From contig CAZQNA010000012.1 in assembly GCA_964594835.1 (NCBI GenBank), positions 1-46,508 on the forward strand: DNA of 46,508 nt, written 5' to 3'. This stretch comes from an uncultured Nitrososphaerota archaeon (GTDB lineage: Archaea > Korarchaeota > Korarchaeia > Korarchaeales > Korarchaeaceae). Under the pieces are notes generated by a model. That model had not been told where the DNA came from, searched no databases, and worked only from the letters and a program-made list of their open reading frames with translations. Below, in pieces: positions 28,358-36,883 of this stretch. Positions within the stretch are counted from its first letter, which is position 1; the number at the start of each line of letters is the position of its first letter. A program made the translations under genes and the position numbers.

Positions 28358-29171
28358 CGTGCTCGACGAGAGGATTGCGGCGGAGCTGGTCGGGGGTTAC
28401 ATAAGGGAGCTGGCCGCGAGCGGGCAGAGGAAGGACGGTCGGGGGTTCGACGAGATCAGAGAGATCAGGGTGAGGCCAGGAACCTTCACCAAGGCCGAGG
28501 GCGAGGCCTGGGTCTCGCTGGGAGCCACCCAGGTCCTCGTGGGCATAAAGGCCGACGTGGGGACGCCCTTCCCGGACACCCCGGACAAGGGGGTCCTGAT
28601 ATCAAACGTCGAACTCCTCCCCCTGGCCTCTCCAACGTTCGAGCCGGGTCCGCCGGATGAGAACGCGATCGAGATGGCCAGGGTCGTTGACAGGGCGCTC
28701 AGGGGATCCAACGCGATCGACATGGAGGCCCTCGCGATTAAGCCGGGAGAGCTCGTCTACATGATCTTCCTGGACATGTACGCCCTCGACCACGACGGGA
28801 ACATAATCGACGCCTTCGCCCTGGGCTCGCTGGTGGCCCTCTCAAGGACCAAGATACCGAAGGTGGAGGTGACGGAGGAGGGCGAGATGGTGGTCAAGGA
28901 GGAGACCTTCGACCTCCCGCTCAGGGACCTCCCGATAACCTTCACGTTCGTCAAGATCGGCGACGCCCTGATGCTCGACCCCACGCTGGAGGAGGAGCTC
29001 GTCTCCGACGCGGCGATCACGGTCTCGATAGACTCCTCAGGGAGGGTGTGCTCGATCCAGAAGAGGCACGGCTCCTTCTCCGCAGATGAGATTAAAAGGG
29101 CGATATCGATAGCACGCTCCAAGTACCCGGAGGTCGAGAGGATCCTCAGGGAGCAGGGAGGGTTGGTCTGA
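28350..29171 (+). CDS. rrp42: Exosome subunit Rrp42
   Basis: RKDGR, PFPDTP, FEPGPPDE, DHDGN. Confidence 0.97.
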   Translation: MSDVLDERIAAELVGGYIRELAASGQRKDGRGFDEIREIRVRPGTFTKAEGEAWVSLGATQVLVGIKADVGTPFPDTPDKGVLISNVELLPLASPTFEPGPPDENAIEMARVVDRALRGSNAIDMEALAIKPGELVYMIFLDMYALDHDGNIIDAFALGSLVALSRTKIPKVEVTEEGEMVVKEETFDLPLRDLPITFTFVKIGDALMLDPTLEEELVSDAAITVSIDSSGRVCSIQKRHGSFSADEIKRAISIARSKYPEVERILREQGGLV

Positions 29172-29432
29172 ATGTCGAAGAGACCGCCTATGGCCAAGCT
29201 GCGGACCCCCAGGTACGGCCTCAGGATCAGGAGGCAGTACGAGGCCGTCCTGGCCAAGAGCAAGGCGACCTACAGGTGCCCCAGGTGCGGCGCCGAGGCC
29301 CTCAGGAGGGTCAGGCTCGGGATCTGGAGATGCAAGAAATGCGGGTTCGAGTTCGCAGGGGGCGCCTGGGAGCCCAGGACCTCGGTGTCAACGACCGCGG
29401 AGGCTGGACTTGCCAGGGTGACCGGCCGCTGA
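29172..29432 (+). CDS. rpl37ae: 50S ribosomal protein eL43 (L37Ae)
   Basis: PRYG, CPRC...GIWRCKKC, FAGGAW. Confidence 0.96.
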   Translation: MSKRPPMAKLRTPRYGLRIRRQYEAVLAKSKATYRCPRCGAEALRRVRLGIWRCKKCGFEFAGGAWEPRTSVSTTAEAGLARVTGR

Positions 29433-29445
29433 GGCAGGGTCCCCC

Positions 29446-30024
29446 TTGATCCTCATAACCACCTCTAGGTCCCCCTCTCAACGCACCCGGACATTCATCC
29501 GTGACCTCTCTCACGTGGTGCCTCGGTCCGTCAGGGTCAACAGGGGGAAGAAGAGCTTGGAGGACCTCAGGGTGGAGGCCGCAAGGCACGGCCTCTCCAG
29601 GGTACTCGTGGTGACCGAGAGGAAGGGAAATCCCGGGGGGCTGAGGTTCTACGAGGCGTCAGTCGCCGCCATAGCGCCGATCCACCCCCAGATCCTCCTG
29701 GAGGGGGTGACCCTGAGGAGGGAGCTCTACGGGAGGAGGCCCGATCGGATCCCTCAAGCGGTGGACCTCGCGGTGGCCTATCAGCCCGGCGACTCTCGGG
29801 CCGAGTACGCGTCGGCCCTCGCCGCCGGGCTGGGCGTCCAAGAGGCCTCGGCCGCCGGGGCGGAGTCAGAACTCCCGGACGCCGATATCGTCCTGTGGGT
29901 CCGGGAGCTGGCCGCTCGCCGAGCCGCGACCTTCTACCTGACCGGCCGCGGGGGACCGAGGGAGGTGGGCCCGAGGCTCTTCCTAAGGGGCCTCGTCGGC
30001 CAGCGGGCGGGTGGTTCGGAATGA
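29446..30024 (+). CDS. Brix-domain ribosome biogenesis protein
   Basis: ITTSRSPSQRTR, NRGK, KGNPG, EVGP. Confidence 0.92.
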   Translation: MILITTSRSPSQRTRTFIRDLSHVVPRSVRVNRGKKSLEDLRVEAARHGLSRVLVVTERKGNPGGLRFYEASVAAIAPIHPQILLEGVTLRRELYGRRPDRIPQAVDLAVAYQPGDSRAEYASALAAGLGVQEASAAGAESELPDADIVLWVRELAARRAATFYLTGRGGPREVGPRLFLRGLVGQRAGGSE

Positions 30025-30260
30025 CCGCCAGGTACAGCGTCCGTATCCAGGTGGAGGCCGCTGCCGAGGTCGCCAGGCTGATTGCGGAGGTCCTCGCACC
30101 CGACGAATTCCTCCCCCGACCCACCGTAGGAGAGGCGCAGGTGACGTTCACGGCATCTTCAGATTCCCCGAGGAGGCTCCGCGCGGAGTTAAACTCCCTG
30201 CTGAGATCTCTCGCGCTGATAGAGGAGCTCTTAACGTTAGCCGGCGACGGCCGGTCCTAA
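30021..30260 (+). CDS. pcc1: KEOPS complex subunit Pcc1
   Basis: 79 aa, LAPD and LRAELNSLLR motifs; ATGA overlap with Brix gene. Confidence 0.85.
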   Translation: MTARYSVRIQVEAAAEVARLIAEVLAPDEFLPRPTVGEAQVTFTASSDSPRRLRAELNSLLRSLALIEELLTLAGDGRS

Positions 30261-30295
30261 ACCTTTATTATTCGTCCACCCACAGCTCCTCCCGC

Positions 30296-30371
30296 GGGCC
30301 GGTGGTCTAGCGGCTATGACGCCGCCTTGACGAGGCGGAGGTCGTGGGTTCGAGTCCCACCCGGCCCACCA
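30296..30371 (+). tRNA. tRNA-Val(GAC), CCA encoded
   Basis: GGGCCGG acceptor, CCGCC-TT-GAC-GA-GGCGG; TTTATTA at 30264. Confidence 0.97.
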
Positions 30372-30412
30372 CCGAACATGCGTCTGATCGAAGTCCGGGA
30401 GGTAGCGGTTCC

Positions 30413-30697
30413 GTGGCTAAGTACTCCGTCAGCAGGCTGGGGGGCCGCGGGGTCATAACCGACAGGGGCCTCGTCCTCGGCGAGGTCGTTGACCTCGTGG
30501 TCGACGAGCTGTCTGGCAAGGCGATATCCCTCGTCGTTGAGGAGGCCAAGGGGGCGGCCGGTTCCCTGACTAAGAAGCTGAAGAGGGACCGGGAGGGCTT
30601 CGTCCTGATACCATACTCCACCGTGAAGTACATCCGCGAGATGATAGTGGTGGACGAGCGCCTCCTCAAGCTCTACATCGCCACCAAGGGAGAGTAG
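30413..30697 (+). CDS. PRC-barrel domain protein
   Basis: VITDRGLVLGEVVDLVVD..SG, LIPYSTVK; GTG 30413 after GGAGGT (longer ORF overlaps the tRNA). Confidence 0.88.
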   Translation: MAKYSVSRLGGRGVITDRGLVLGEVVDLVVDELSGKAISLVVEEAKGAAGSLTKKLKRDREGFVLIPYSTVKYIREMIVVDERLLKLYIATKGE

Positions 30698-30713
30698 CCC
30701 GGCCAGCCCCCGG

Positions 30714-31019
30714 TCAGCGGAGCCCCCTGAGGGACTCCTCCACCACCCGCCCCACTAGCTCGGTGACCCTCCTGGACAGGACGGACAGACCTCCTCTGGA
30801 TACATCCCTCTCTGGCCCGACGATCCGCTTCGCGGCCCTCAGAACCTCCTCGACGACCCTCCTGTCATGGACGATCCTCGCCGCCAGCTCTGCGGTCAGC
30901 AGGGCGGTCTCAACGACGGGTTGAATGTCGGCCGTCCCCTCGGGCTCCACGAGGGCTTCTCTGACCCTCTTCTTGAACGTCACGTGTGCCCAGAGAAGTT
31001 CGTCCAGCGGCTTTCCCAC
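30714..31019 (-). CDS. Hypothetical helical protein (about 101 aa)
   Basis: 3' part of ORF 30714-31343 fills a free gap with plausible codon usage; GTG 31019; AT-rich divergent promoter at 31062-31073. Confidence 0.55.
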   Translation of the reverse strand: MGKPLDELLWAHVTFKKRVREALVEPEGTADIQPVVETALLTAELAARIVHDRRVVEEVLRAAKRIVGPERDVSRGGLSVLSRRVTELVGRVVEESLRGLR

Positions 31020-31097
31020 TCCACTGAACGCCGCGGGATACCTCAACGGCCTCCCTCCCGCAATAACTTTTAGTCCGGGGGGTCTAGGGCGCTGCCG

Positions 31098-31463
31098 ATG
31101 GATCTTCGCGTGAGGCTCGTGGAGCGGACGGAGGACTCGATAGGCGGAATCGCGAACCTGAAGTTCGAGGTGGAGTCCCCAACGAGGGGCGTTCTCTCGA
31201 TCGAGCTTCCCCTGGACCTCGCCAGGAGGGTCCCAGACGGATACTCCGGGGAGGCCACCCTGACCAGGGAGAGGCCGTCTCACGACCGGGATGACCTCCT
31301 CATGACTCTGGTGATCTATCAGCCGGGAGAGAGTTCTCTTCACGCCTCGGCCTTCGGTCTCCTTGTCTCACTCGACTTTGAGACGCCCGTGAAGGAGCTC
31401 TCAGGCCTCTCCCGGGGGGACGAGGCCTACCTCCTGATCAAGCACATGTTCACGGTAGATTAG
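31098..31463 (+). CDS. rpoG: RNA polymerase subunit Rpo8/RpoG (Rpb8 homologue)
   Basis: Size and ordered motifs DDLLMTLVIY, SAFGLLVSL, DEAYLLIK resemble recalled Sulfolobales RpoG (SLFGLLV) and eukaryotic Rpb8 (SFGGLL). Confidence 0.75.
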   Translation: MDLRVRLVERTEDSIGGIANLKFEVESPTRGVLSIELPLDLARRVPDGYSGEATLTRERPSHDRDDLLMTLVIYQPGESSLHASAFGLLVSLDFETPVKELSGLSRGDEAYLLIKHMFTVD

Positions 31464-31475
31464 GCAAGGGCCGAA

Positions 31476-31536
31476 TGATTTGGAAACTTCTCTCAAAGTT
31501 TTTTGGAAAAGTAGTTCCTAATGTTAACGATATATA
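31476..31536 (+). promoter_or_regulatory. AT-rich promoter with tandem TTTGGAAA boxes and TATATA
   Basis: TTTGGAAA at 31479 and 31502 (23 bp apart); TATATA 31531-31536. Confidence 0.6.
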
Positions 31537-31698
31537 GCCGCGTGCTCGGAGTTACGTGGGTGGTGGGCGGTAGCCGAGGTCGCGAGGGGGACGCCCGCGT
31601 CCGCGGATTCGCCTGAGCTGGCTGCCGAGTTCTACCCCCAGCACCACTATCCCATCAAGCCGAGTGGGGGCGTTCGGGTTCCCAGGTGGCTCCCTGCC

Positions 31699-32316
31699 GT
31701 GATGATTGAGCTCGGGGGGCCGCCCCAGCTCTTAGAACTCACCAGGGACTTGGTCAAGGACTTGCGCCTCCCCTCTCACGCCAAGAGGGATGGATACGTA
31801 TTCCTGGCGGCCCTCATAGTTGCGAGCCGCGTCATCGGAATCCCATTCACCCTGAGCGCCGTCTCGAGGGCCTCTGCGGCGGTCGGTGTGAGGGTCAGTC
31901 CCAGGAGGCTAGCGCTGGTCGTCGCGGAGGTCTCCTCGCTCCTCAGACTTGGGGGTCACTCCGCCCGCGTTCAGAAGCACATCGCCGCCGTCATAGCCGC
32001 GCTGAGGCGGGACCCCACCCTCCAGCGGACCCTTTCCGAGTACTTCGGTCCGTGCTGGGACGTAGCACTTGACAGACTTCAGGTGAAGTCCGTTGAGCTG
32101 TACAACTTGGTTAGGGATGAGATCAGGCTGGAGCTCGTCGGGAAGAGCCCCCCAGTCACTGCGGCCGCCGTAGTCTGGCTGTCCGCCCGGACCCTCGGCC
32201 TCCGGCCGTTGACGCAGGAGGTGATCGCCAGGGCCGCGGGGATCAGCCCCTCGGCACTTAGAAGGCGGGCCAGAACGGTTCGGAGGAGTCTGGAGGCATG
32301 TGGACATGCCCGATAG
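31699..32316 (+). CDS. Divergent TFB/TFIIB-like protein (cyclin repeats only, no Zn ribbon)
   Basis: AALIVASRVIGIPFTL (repeat 1-like) and GKSPPVTAAAVVW...LTQEVIARAAGISPSALRRR (repeat 2 and HTH); true start uncertain. Confidence 0.72.
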   Translation: MMIELGGPPQLLELTRDLVKDLRLPSHAKRDGYVFLAALIVASRVIGIPFTLSAVSRASAAVGVRVSPRRLALVVAEVSSLLRLGGHSARVQKHIAAVIAALRRDPTLQRTLSEYFGPCWDVALDRLQVKSVELYNLVRDEIRLELVGKSPPVTAAAVVWLSARTLGLRPLTQEVIARAAGISPSALRRRARTVRRSLEACGHAR

Positions 32317-33979
32317 GTCGGACAGGCTTCCACTCCTCCTCGTAGCCGCAGTCGCCGTCAACGAGCTTAGGAAGAGGCTCGTCGGAGACGCGAACATGCT
32401 ATCCTCCGTCGTGGGGCGAATTTCGGGGAGAGGCCTCCCCTACCTGCTCGTTGGACTCTCGGCAGCCGCCGTCGTGGTGTCACTACCCAGGCTCCGCAGG
32501 AGGTCTGTAGGGGAGGTGGTCCGCGCCTACGCGCTCTCGCCGAAGTCCCCCCGGTCTGACCTTGAGCTCGACGTCTCCCTCGTCCATCAGGTCCTGGAGG
32601 CGACTCAGCTCGAGGGGCACCTGATCCAACGCGTCGGGGCGCGTGGACCCTCCCCCCCAATTCTCCTCGTGACCGAGAGGAGAAGGGAGGACGGGCCGGC
32701 GATAAGGGCCGCCCTGTCGGCCCTCCGAAGCGTCACGGGTCGCAGGGTCGAGGTCGTCGAGTTGGGGACCAGGCCGCTTCAGGAGGTCCTTAAGTTGACC
32801 TCCACCCCCAGGAGCGAGTCTGCGATTAGGCTGCGACTCCCCAGCGCGGATGCGGGACCCCGGCCCCCGGCAGTCCTCCTCGGCTACTCCGATGGGAGGA
32901 GGCCTGTCCGCATACCGCTCCCCCTGTTCTCTAAGCACGTCCTTCTGATGGGTCGGACCGGGTCGGGAAAGTCTACCACGGCGATGGCCCTGTGTGAGAG
33001 GCTGTGGTCGGATTACGGGATCCCCTTCCTGGTCTTGGATCACCACAACGAGTACACGGGGCTGGTCGCCCGCCTCGGAGGGACGCTCGTGGGAGCCTCG
33101 GGCGGCCCCTCCCTGAACGTCTTCGGGGGAGTCGCGGCCAACCCGGCGGCGATGGACATCTACGTGGATCTCCTGAGGGACGCCCTGGCGCTGACCCCAT
33201 CCCAGACCTTCATCGTCCACAGGTGTCTCTCCAACGCTCTGAGGGTGAGCCCAGGGGAGGATCCGACGCTGGCCGACCTGGTGGATGAGATATCGGAGTA
33301 CAGGGAGAGGACGGGCCCCGAGATGGAGAGCAAGCTCGCCCTCCTCAGAAGACTCGAGCCCCTCGTGAGCGGGGAGGGCAGGGCGCACCTGCTCGTGGAG
33401 AGGATCCCAGACCTGGCTCGGCTCGACAGGCCTGCGGCGATGCTTCTTGCCGAGGTGAGGTCCGATGCCGTGAGAGATCTCCTGGTTCACGTGATCCTGA
33501 AGAGGATCTACGACGAGGCCAGGTCTTGGGGAGTAGGATCTCACCTGAGGCTGGTCATCCTCGTTGAGGAGGGGGAGCGCGTCCTCCCAACGGTCTCCGA
33601 CGAGAGGGGGGCGACGGTCGTCGACAAGATGCTGGCCGAGCTCCGGAAGTTCGGCGTCGGCCTCGTGATAATCACGCAGGCACCTCACGCCCTGTCGAGG
33701 ACCGCCATGAGGAACTCCGCCGTGAAGATAATTCACGCCCTGGGGTCCCCCAGAGACTCCCTGGTGATCAAGCCCCTCCTACCACCCGGGATCTCTGATA
33801 GATCCTCTGAGGGCTCCGTGTTTACCTTGAGGCCCGGCGAGGCCGTCGTAGTAATGGAGGGCGCTCCCGAGCCGGAGCTGTGTACGGTGGTCCCACCCTC
33901 CACGGACACCAGGCCCCTGTCCCCGGCAGAGGTGGCGGCCCTCTCTCAGATGGCACCCTCCTTTCACGCGCACGTCTAA
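32306..33979 (+). CDS. Membrane-anchored HerA/VirB4-like (DUF87) ATPase
   Basis: N-terminal hydrophobic segments, HVLLMGRTGSGKST, LDHHNEY, ILVEEGE, ELRKFGVGLVIITQ. Confidence 0.88.
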   Translation: MPDRSDRLPLLLVAAVAVNELRKRLVGDANMLSSVVGRISGRGLPYLLVGLSAAAVVVSLPRLRRRSVGEVVRAYALSPKSPRSDLELDVSLVHQVLEATQLEGHLIQRVGARGPSPPILLVTERRREDGPAIRAALSALRSVTGRRVEVVELGTRPLQEVLKLTSTPRSESAIRLRLPSADAGPRPPAVLLGYSDGRRPVRIPLPLFSKHVLLMGRTGSGKSTTAMALCERLWSDYGIPFLVLDHHNEYTGLVARLGGTLVGASGGPSLNVFGGVAANPAAMDIYVDLLRDALALTPSQTFIVHRCLSNALRVSPGEDPTLADLVDEISEYRERTGPEMESKLALLRRLEPLVSGEGRAHLLVERIPDLARLDRPAAMLLAEVRSDAVRDLLVHVILKRIYDEARSWGVGSHLRLVILVEEGERVLPTVSDERGATVVDKMLAELRKFGVGLVIITQAPHALSRTAMRNSAVKIIHALGSPRDSLVIKPLLPPGISDRSSEGSVFTLRPGEAVVVMEGAPEPELCTVVPPSTDTRPLSPAEVAALSQMAPSFHAHV

Positions 33980-33990
33980 GGAGCGGCGAC

Positions 33991-34560
33991 TCACGGATCC
34001 TCAGCCCTGAGCCTCTGCACCGTGAGCGGCCCCAGCGGCCAAGAGAGAGGCGGAGTCCTCGTCATCTCCCCGCGGAGAGCTCCCAAGATAACTCGAACAA
34101 CGTCCTCTGGCTTTCCCGTCGAGGTGTCGAGTTCCAGGACCAGCTCGCTCCCCACGTGCTCCCGGGCAGACTGGCCGCAGTAGTCGACGATCTCGGCCTC
34201 GACGTTCTCTATCACCTTCGCCTTGGGATATCCCCTGCTGAGCAACCTCTCCGCGAGCACCTCGGGGTTGCACCTCAGGACGACCACGAGCCTGACGAAC
34301 TCCGGGGGGACCGCCTCGGGGTAGGCCGTGGAAACCACGCTCCACCCACTCTTTTCCCTGAGATCCCTGCGGAGGGCCTCCCTCACCCCCTCTACGTCCA
34401 GCACCAGGACCCCCCTCTCCCGGTCGGCGCCGAGCACCAGCCTCTCTCGGATCGCGTACTCGTTGACCTCAAGGACGTCTGCCCCGAGCTCGCCGGCCAG
34501 CATCCTGGAGATGGTCGTCTTCCCCGAGCCCGGAACCCCGGTCACAAGCACGACGGGCAA
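33991..34560 (-). CDS. Adenylate kinase, AK6/Fap7 type
   Basis: TGVPGSGKTT, LRCNPEVL..RL..RGY...KV.ENVEAE. Confidence 0.92.
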   Translation of the reverse strand: MPVVLVTGVPGSGKTTISRMLAGELGADVLEVNEYAIRERLVLGADRERGVLVLDVEGVREALRRDLREKSGWSVVSTAYPEAVPPEFVRLVVVLRCNPEVLAERLLSRGYPKAKVIENVEAEIVDYCGQSAREHVGSELVLELDTSTGKPEDVVRVILGALRGEMTRTPPLSWPLGPLTVQRLRAEDP

Positions 34561-34613
34561 GCCTGCGTCTCCCCTTCAACCTTATATAGGCCCTCCTCAC
34601 CCGGGAGAGTCGG

Positions 34614-34691
34614 GCTCCGGTGGTGTAGCCAGGCCAAGCATAGGGGCCTCTCGAGCCCCAGACCCGGGTTCAAATCCCGGCCGGAGCACCA
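34614..34691 (+). tRNA. tRNA-Glu(CUC), CCA encoded
   Basis: GCTCCGG acceptor, GGGGC-CT-CTC-GA-GCCCC; TTATATA at 34582. Confidence 0.97.
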
Positions 34692-34718
34692 CCTCATACT
34701 CATCCCCATCGGCTCGAC

Positions 34719-35111
34719 TCAGTAGGGCAGGGGCCCGAAGAGTGAGTGTATGGGGTGGAACCCGTAGTGCCTGGAGATCACCAGCCACAGGATCACGGCG
34801 AACGCCACGGCCACCCCTGACCTGACCCGCCTCCTCTGCACGATCGGCACCGAGAGGATCAGCCCGGAGATCAGTATCATGAGCCCGTAGAACAGGCGGA
34901 TGATGCTCTCCGCGCTGAGCATCCACAGGATCCCGGTCCAGACCCCGAACTCTCCTATGAGGAGCCCCACGCCGACGGCCAGGCCCCCCACTATCGCCCC
35001 ATATATCCCCTCGACGATCATTATCCTCGCGGAGAAGGGGAGTTCCAGCCTGGGCCTGGCTCGGGCTCGCCAACTGTGCCTCTTGGGCCTCCTTCTACGG
35101 GTATACATCAC
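34719..35111 (-). CDS. Hypothetical small membrane protein
   Basis: Basic N-terminus then about 3 hydrophobic segments; GTGA overlap with pyrH stop. Confidence 0.75.
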   Translation of the reverse strand: MMYTRRRRPKRHSWRARARPRLELPFSARIMIVEGIYGAIVGGLAVGVGLLIGEFGVWTGILWMLSAESIIRLFYGLMILISGLILSVPIVQRRRVRSGVAVAFAVILWLVISRHYGFHPIHSLFGPLPY

Positions 35112-35797
35112 TCACCTCCTCCCACAATTGTACCCACCTTCCTCCCGTTCACCGCGTCCCACACGGACCCTGGCCTCAGCCCATCTAAAACGATGCAGCG
35201 GATCCCGGACCTCTCCAAGACCTTTATCGCTATGGGATCCAGAAGCTCATACTCTCCCGGCCCGAACCCGTATCCGTACCTCTCCACGATCTCCCTGAGG
35301 CCGGCGTACGTTATCCTCTCCAGGAGAGTCGCTCCAGGCTCCGAAGGGGGGCGGTCGTAGATTCCAGGGGCGCCGGTTGCCTTAACTAGGAGTTCAGCTC
35401 CCGTCAATTCAGACATCACGGCTGCCACGGCGTCGGTTGACTGCGCGGGGGCTACTCCGCCCATGACCACCACCGGGCTGGTCTTGAGGGCCTGGACCCC
35501 CTCCTGGTAGCTGGTCGCCACGGCCGGATGGGCCAGCCCCCCCAGCGCGGCTATCACCAGAGAGGCGTTCAGACGGGTCGCCTGTATACCAATCCAGTCT
35601 AAGAACGCCTTGTTCGCCCCAAAACCCCCGGCGAGATCTATGTACTTTCTCGCCAGGCGACCTCCTCCCGCCACGACGAGCACCCTGTCCCCCCGCCTCG
35701 CGAGCCTCGCGATGACCTCCCCGTACTCCCGCAGGATGCCGGGATCCTCCGTCCCCCTGTCGAAAACCACCCCGCCGAGTAGGAGCGTGATTATCAT
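35108..35797 (-). CDS. pyrH: Uridylate kinase
   Basis: VAGGGRLARKYI, DWIGIQATRLNA, STDAVAA, LLDPIA. Confidence 0.95.
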   Translation of the reverse strand: MIITLLLGGVVFDRGTEDPGILREYGEVIARLARRGDRVLVVAGGGRLARKYIDLAGGFGANKAFLDWIGIQATRLNASLVIAALGGLAHPAVATSYQEGVQALKTSPVVVMGGVAPAQSTDAVAAVMSELTGAELLVKATGAPGIYDRPPSEPGATLLERITYAGLREIVERYGYGFGPGEYELLDPIAIKVLERSGIRCIVLDGLRPGSVWDAVNGRKVGTIVGGGE

Positions 35798-35842
35798 GCC
35801 GCGTCGCGGCTGATCCGCTTCCCATTAAATAATTGGAAATCG

Positions 35843-36826
35843 CTACCTGCCGTCGAACCTGATGGGCCGCTCCAGCCTCGAGAGGAGGACCACCCTGCTC
35901 TCGGGGACCTCGGAGAGTATCCTGTAGCCGGTCTCTCTCGCCAGGGCCTCTGCGAACTCCCTCACATCGGCGTGGGATGGCATGTTCTCCCGAGACAGCC
36001 TTCTCCGAGAGTAGCCGACGTACATGTAGGCCTTGGGCTCCACGTACGTCGGCTCGTACTTGAGGATGAGCTTGGCCCACTCCTCTGGCCTCTCCATGTT
36101 CAGACCCTTGATGGCCGTGATCCTCATTACGGTGGGGGCCGAGATGGACTGGAGGAGTTCCAGCGTCCTGTTGAGCCTCTGCCAGGCATCCGGTATCAGG
36201 GGCCTCGTTATCCTCCTGTACAGCTCCTCCTCGTAGGCCGGGACCGTCACGTAGAGCTGGGTAGGTTCTCTCTCAAGGGACTCCAGCCTCTCGGGGAGCG
36301 TCCCATTGGTCACTATGAAGGTCGTCATCCCCCTCCTCCTGTAGGCGTCGACGAGGCCGCCTATGTGGGGATAAAGCATCGGCTCCCCGGTGAGGGATAT
36401 GGCGGCATGCTTCGGTTCCTCCGCCTCCTCCAACCACCTCTCGCTGAAGACCTTGACCCCCTTATACCCCTGGACGAGCATCTTGTGAATCCTTATGCTC
36501 TCCTCGGCGATCTCCTCAGGATCGTCCCACGTGGATCCCTCCTCAGGTATCTCCCTCCACCTGGACTCCGGGGGGACGTCGCTGGCGTTGAGCCTCCAGC
36601 AGTAGAGGCACTGGAGATTGCAGAAGGAGGCTGCTGGGGTCATCTGGAGGCAGCTCCAGGTCTTGATTCCGAAGAACCTGTTCTTGTAGCAGGTCCTCCC
36701 CCGCATCAGGGCCTCGCGGAACCAGTAACATGGCTTGATGGCCGAGTGGTTGAGGACTATCTTGTACCCCTGTCTCTCCATGAGTTCTCTGACGTGCTGA
36801 GGGATCCTCACCCGCTCTCCGCTCAT
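35843..36826 (-). CDS. taw1: 4-demethylwyosine synthase Taw1/TYW1 (radical SAM)
   Basis: HSAIKPC.W, CYK, CLQMTP, CNLQCLYCWR, HAAISLTGEP, KAYMYVGYSR; ATG 36826. Confidence 0.96.
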   Translation of the reverse strand: MSGERVRIPQHVRELMERQGYKIVLNHSAIKPCYWFREALMRGRTCYKNRFFGIKTWSCLQMTPAASFCNLQCLYCWRLNASDVPPESRWREIPEEGSTWDDPEEIAEESIRIHKMLVQGYKGVKVFSERWLEEAEEPKHAAISLTGEPMLYPHIGGLVDAYRRRGMTTFIVTNGTLPERLESLEREPTQLYVTVPAYEEELYRRITRPLIPDAWQRLNRTLELLQSISAPTVMRITAIKGLNMERPEEWAKLILKYEPTYVEPKAYMYVGYSRRRLSRENMPSHADVREFAEALARETGYRILSEVPESRVVLLSRLERPIRFDGR

Positions 36827-36883
36827 CGAGGTTTGAGTCGCCTCCAAGGTGAAAAATAAAGTGGACCGACCAGCCTCAGCCTG

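Noticed and set aside
31012-31023. Isolated TTTCCCACTCC resembling an origin box
   Set aside because: Single copy at a probable start codon and RBS; no cluster
31020-31343. N-terminal half of ORF 30714-31343
   Set aside because: Antisense to the Rpo8-like gene and crosses the divergent promoter
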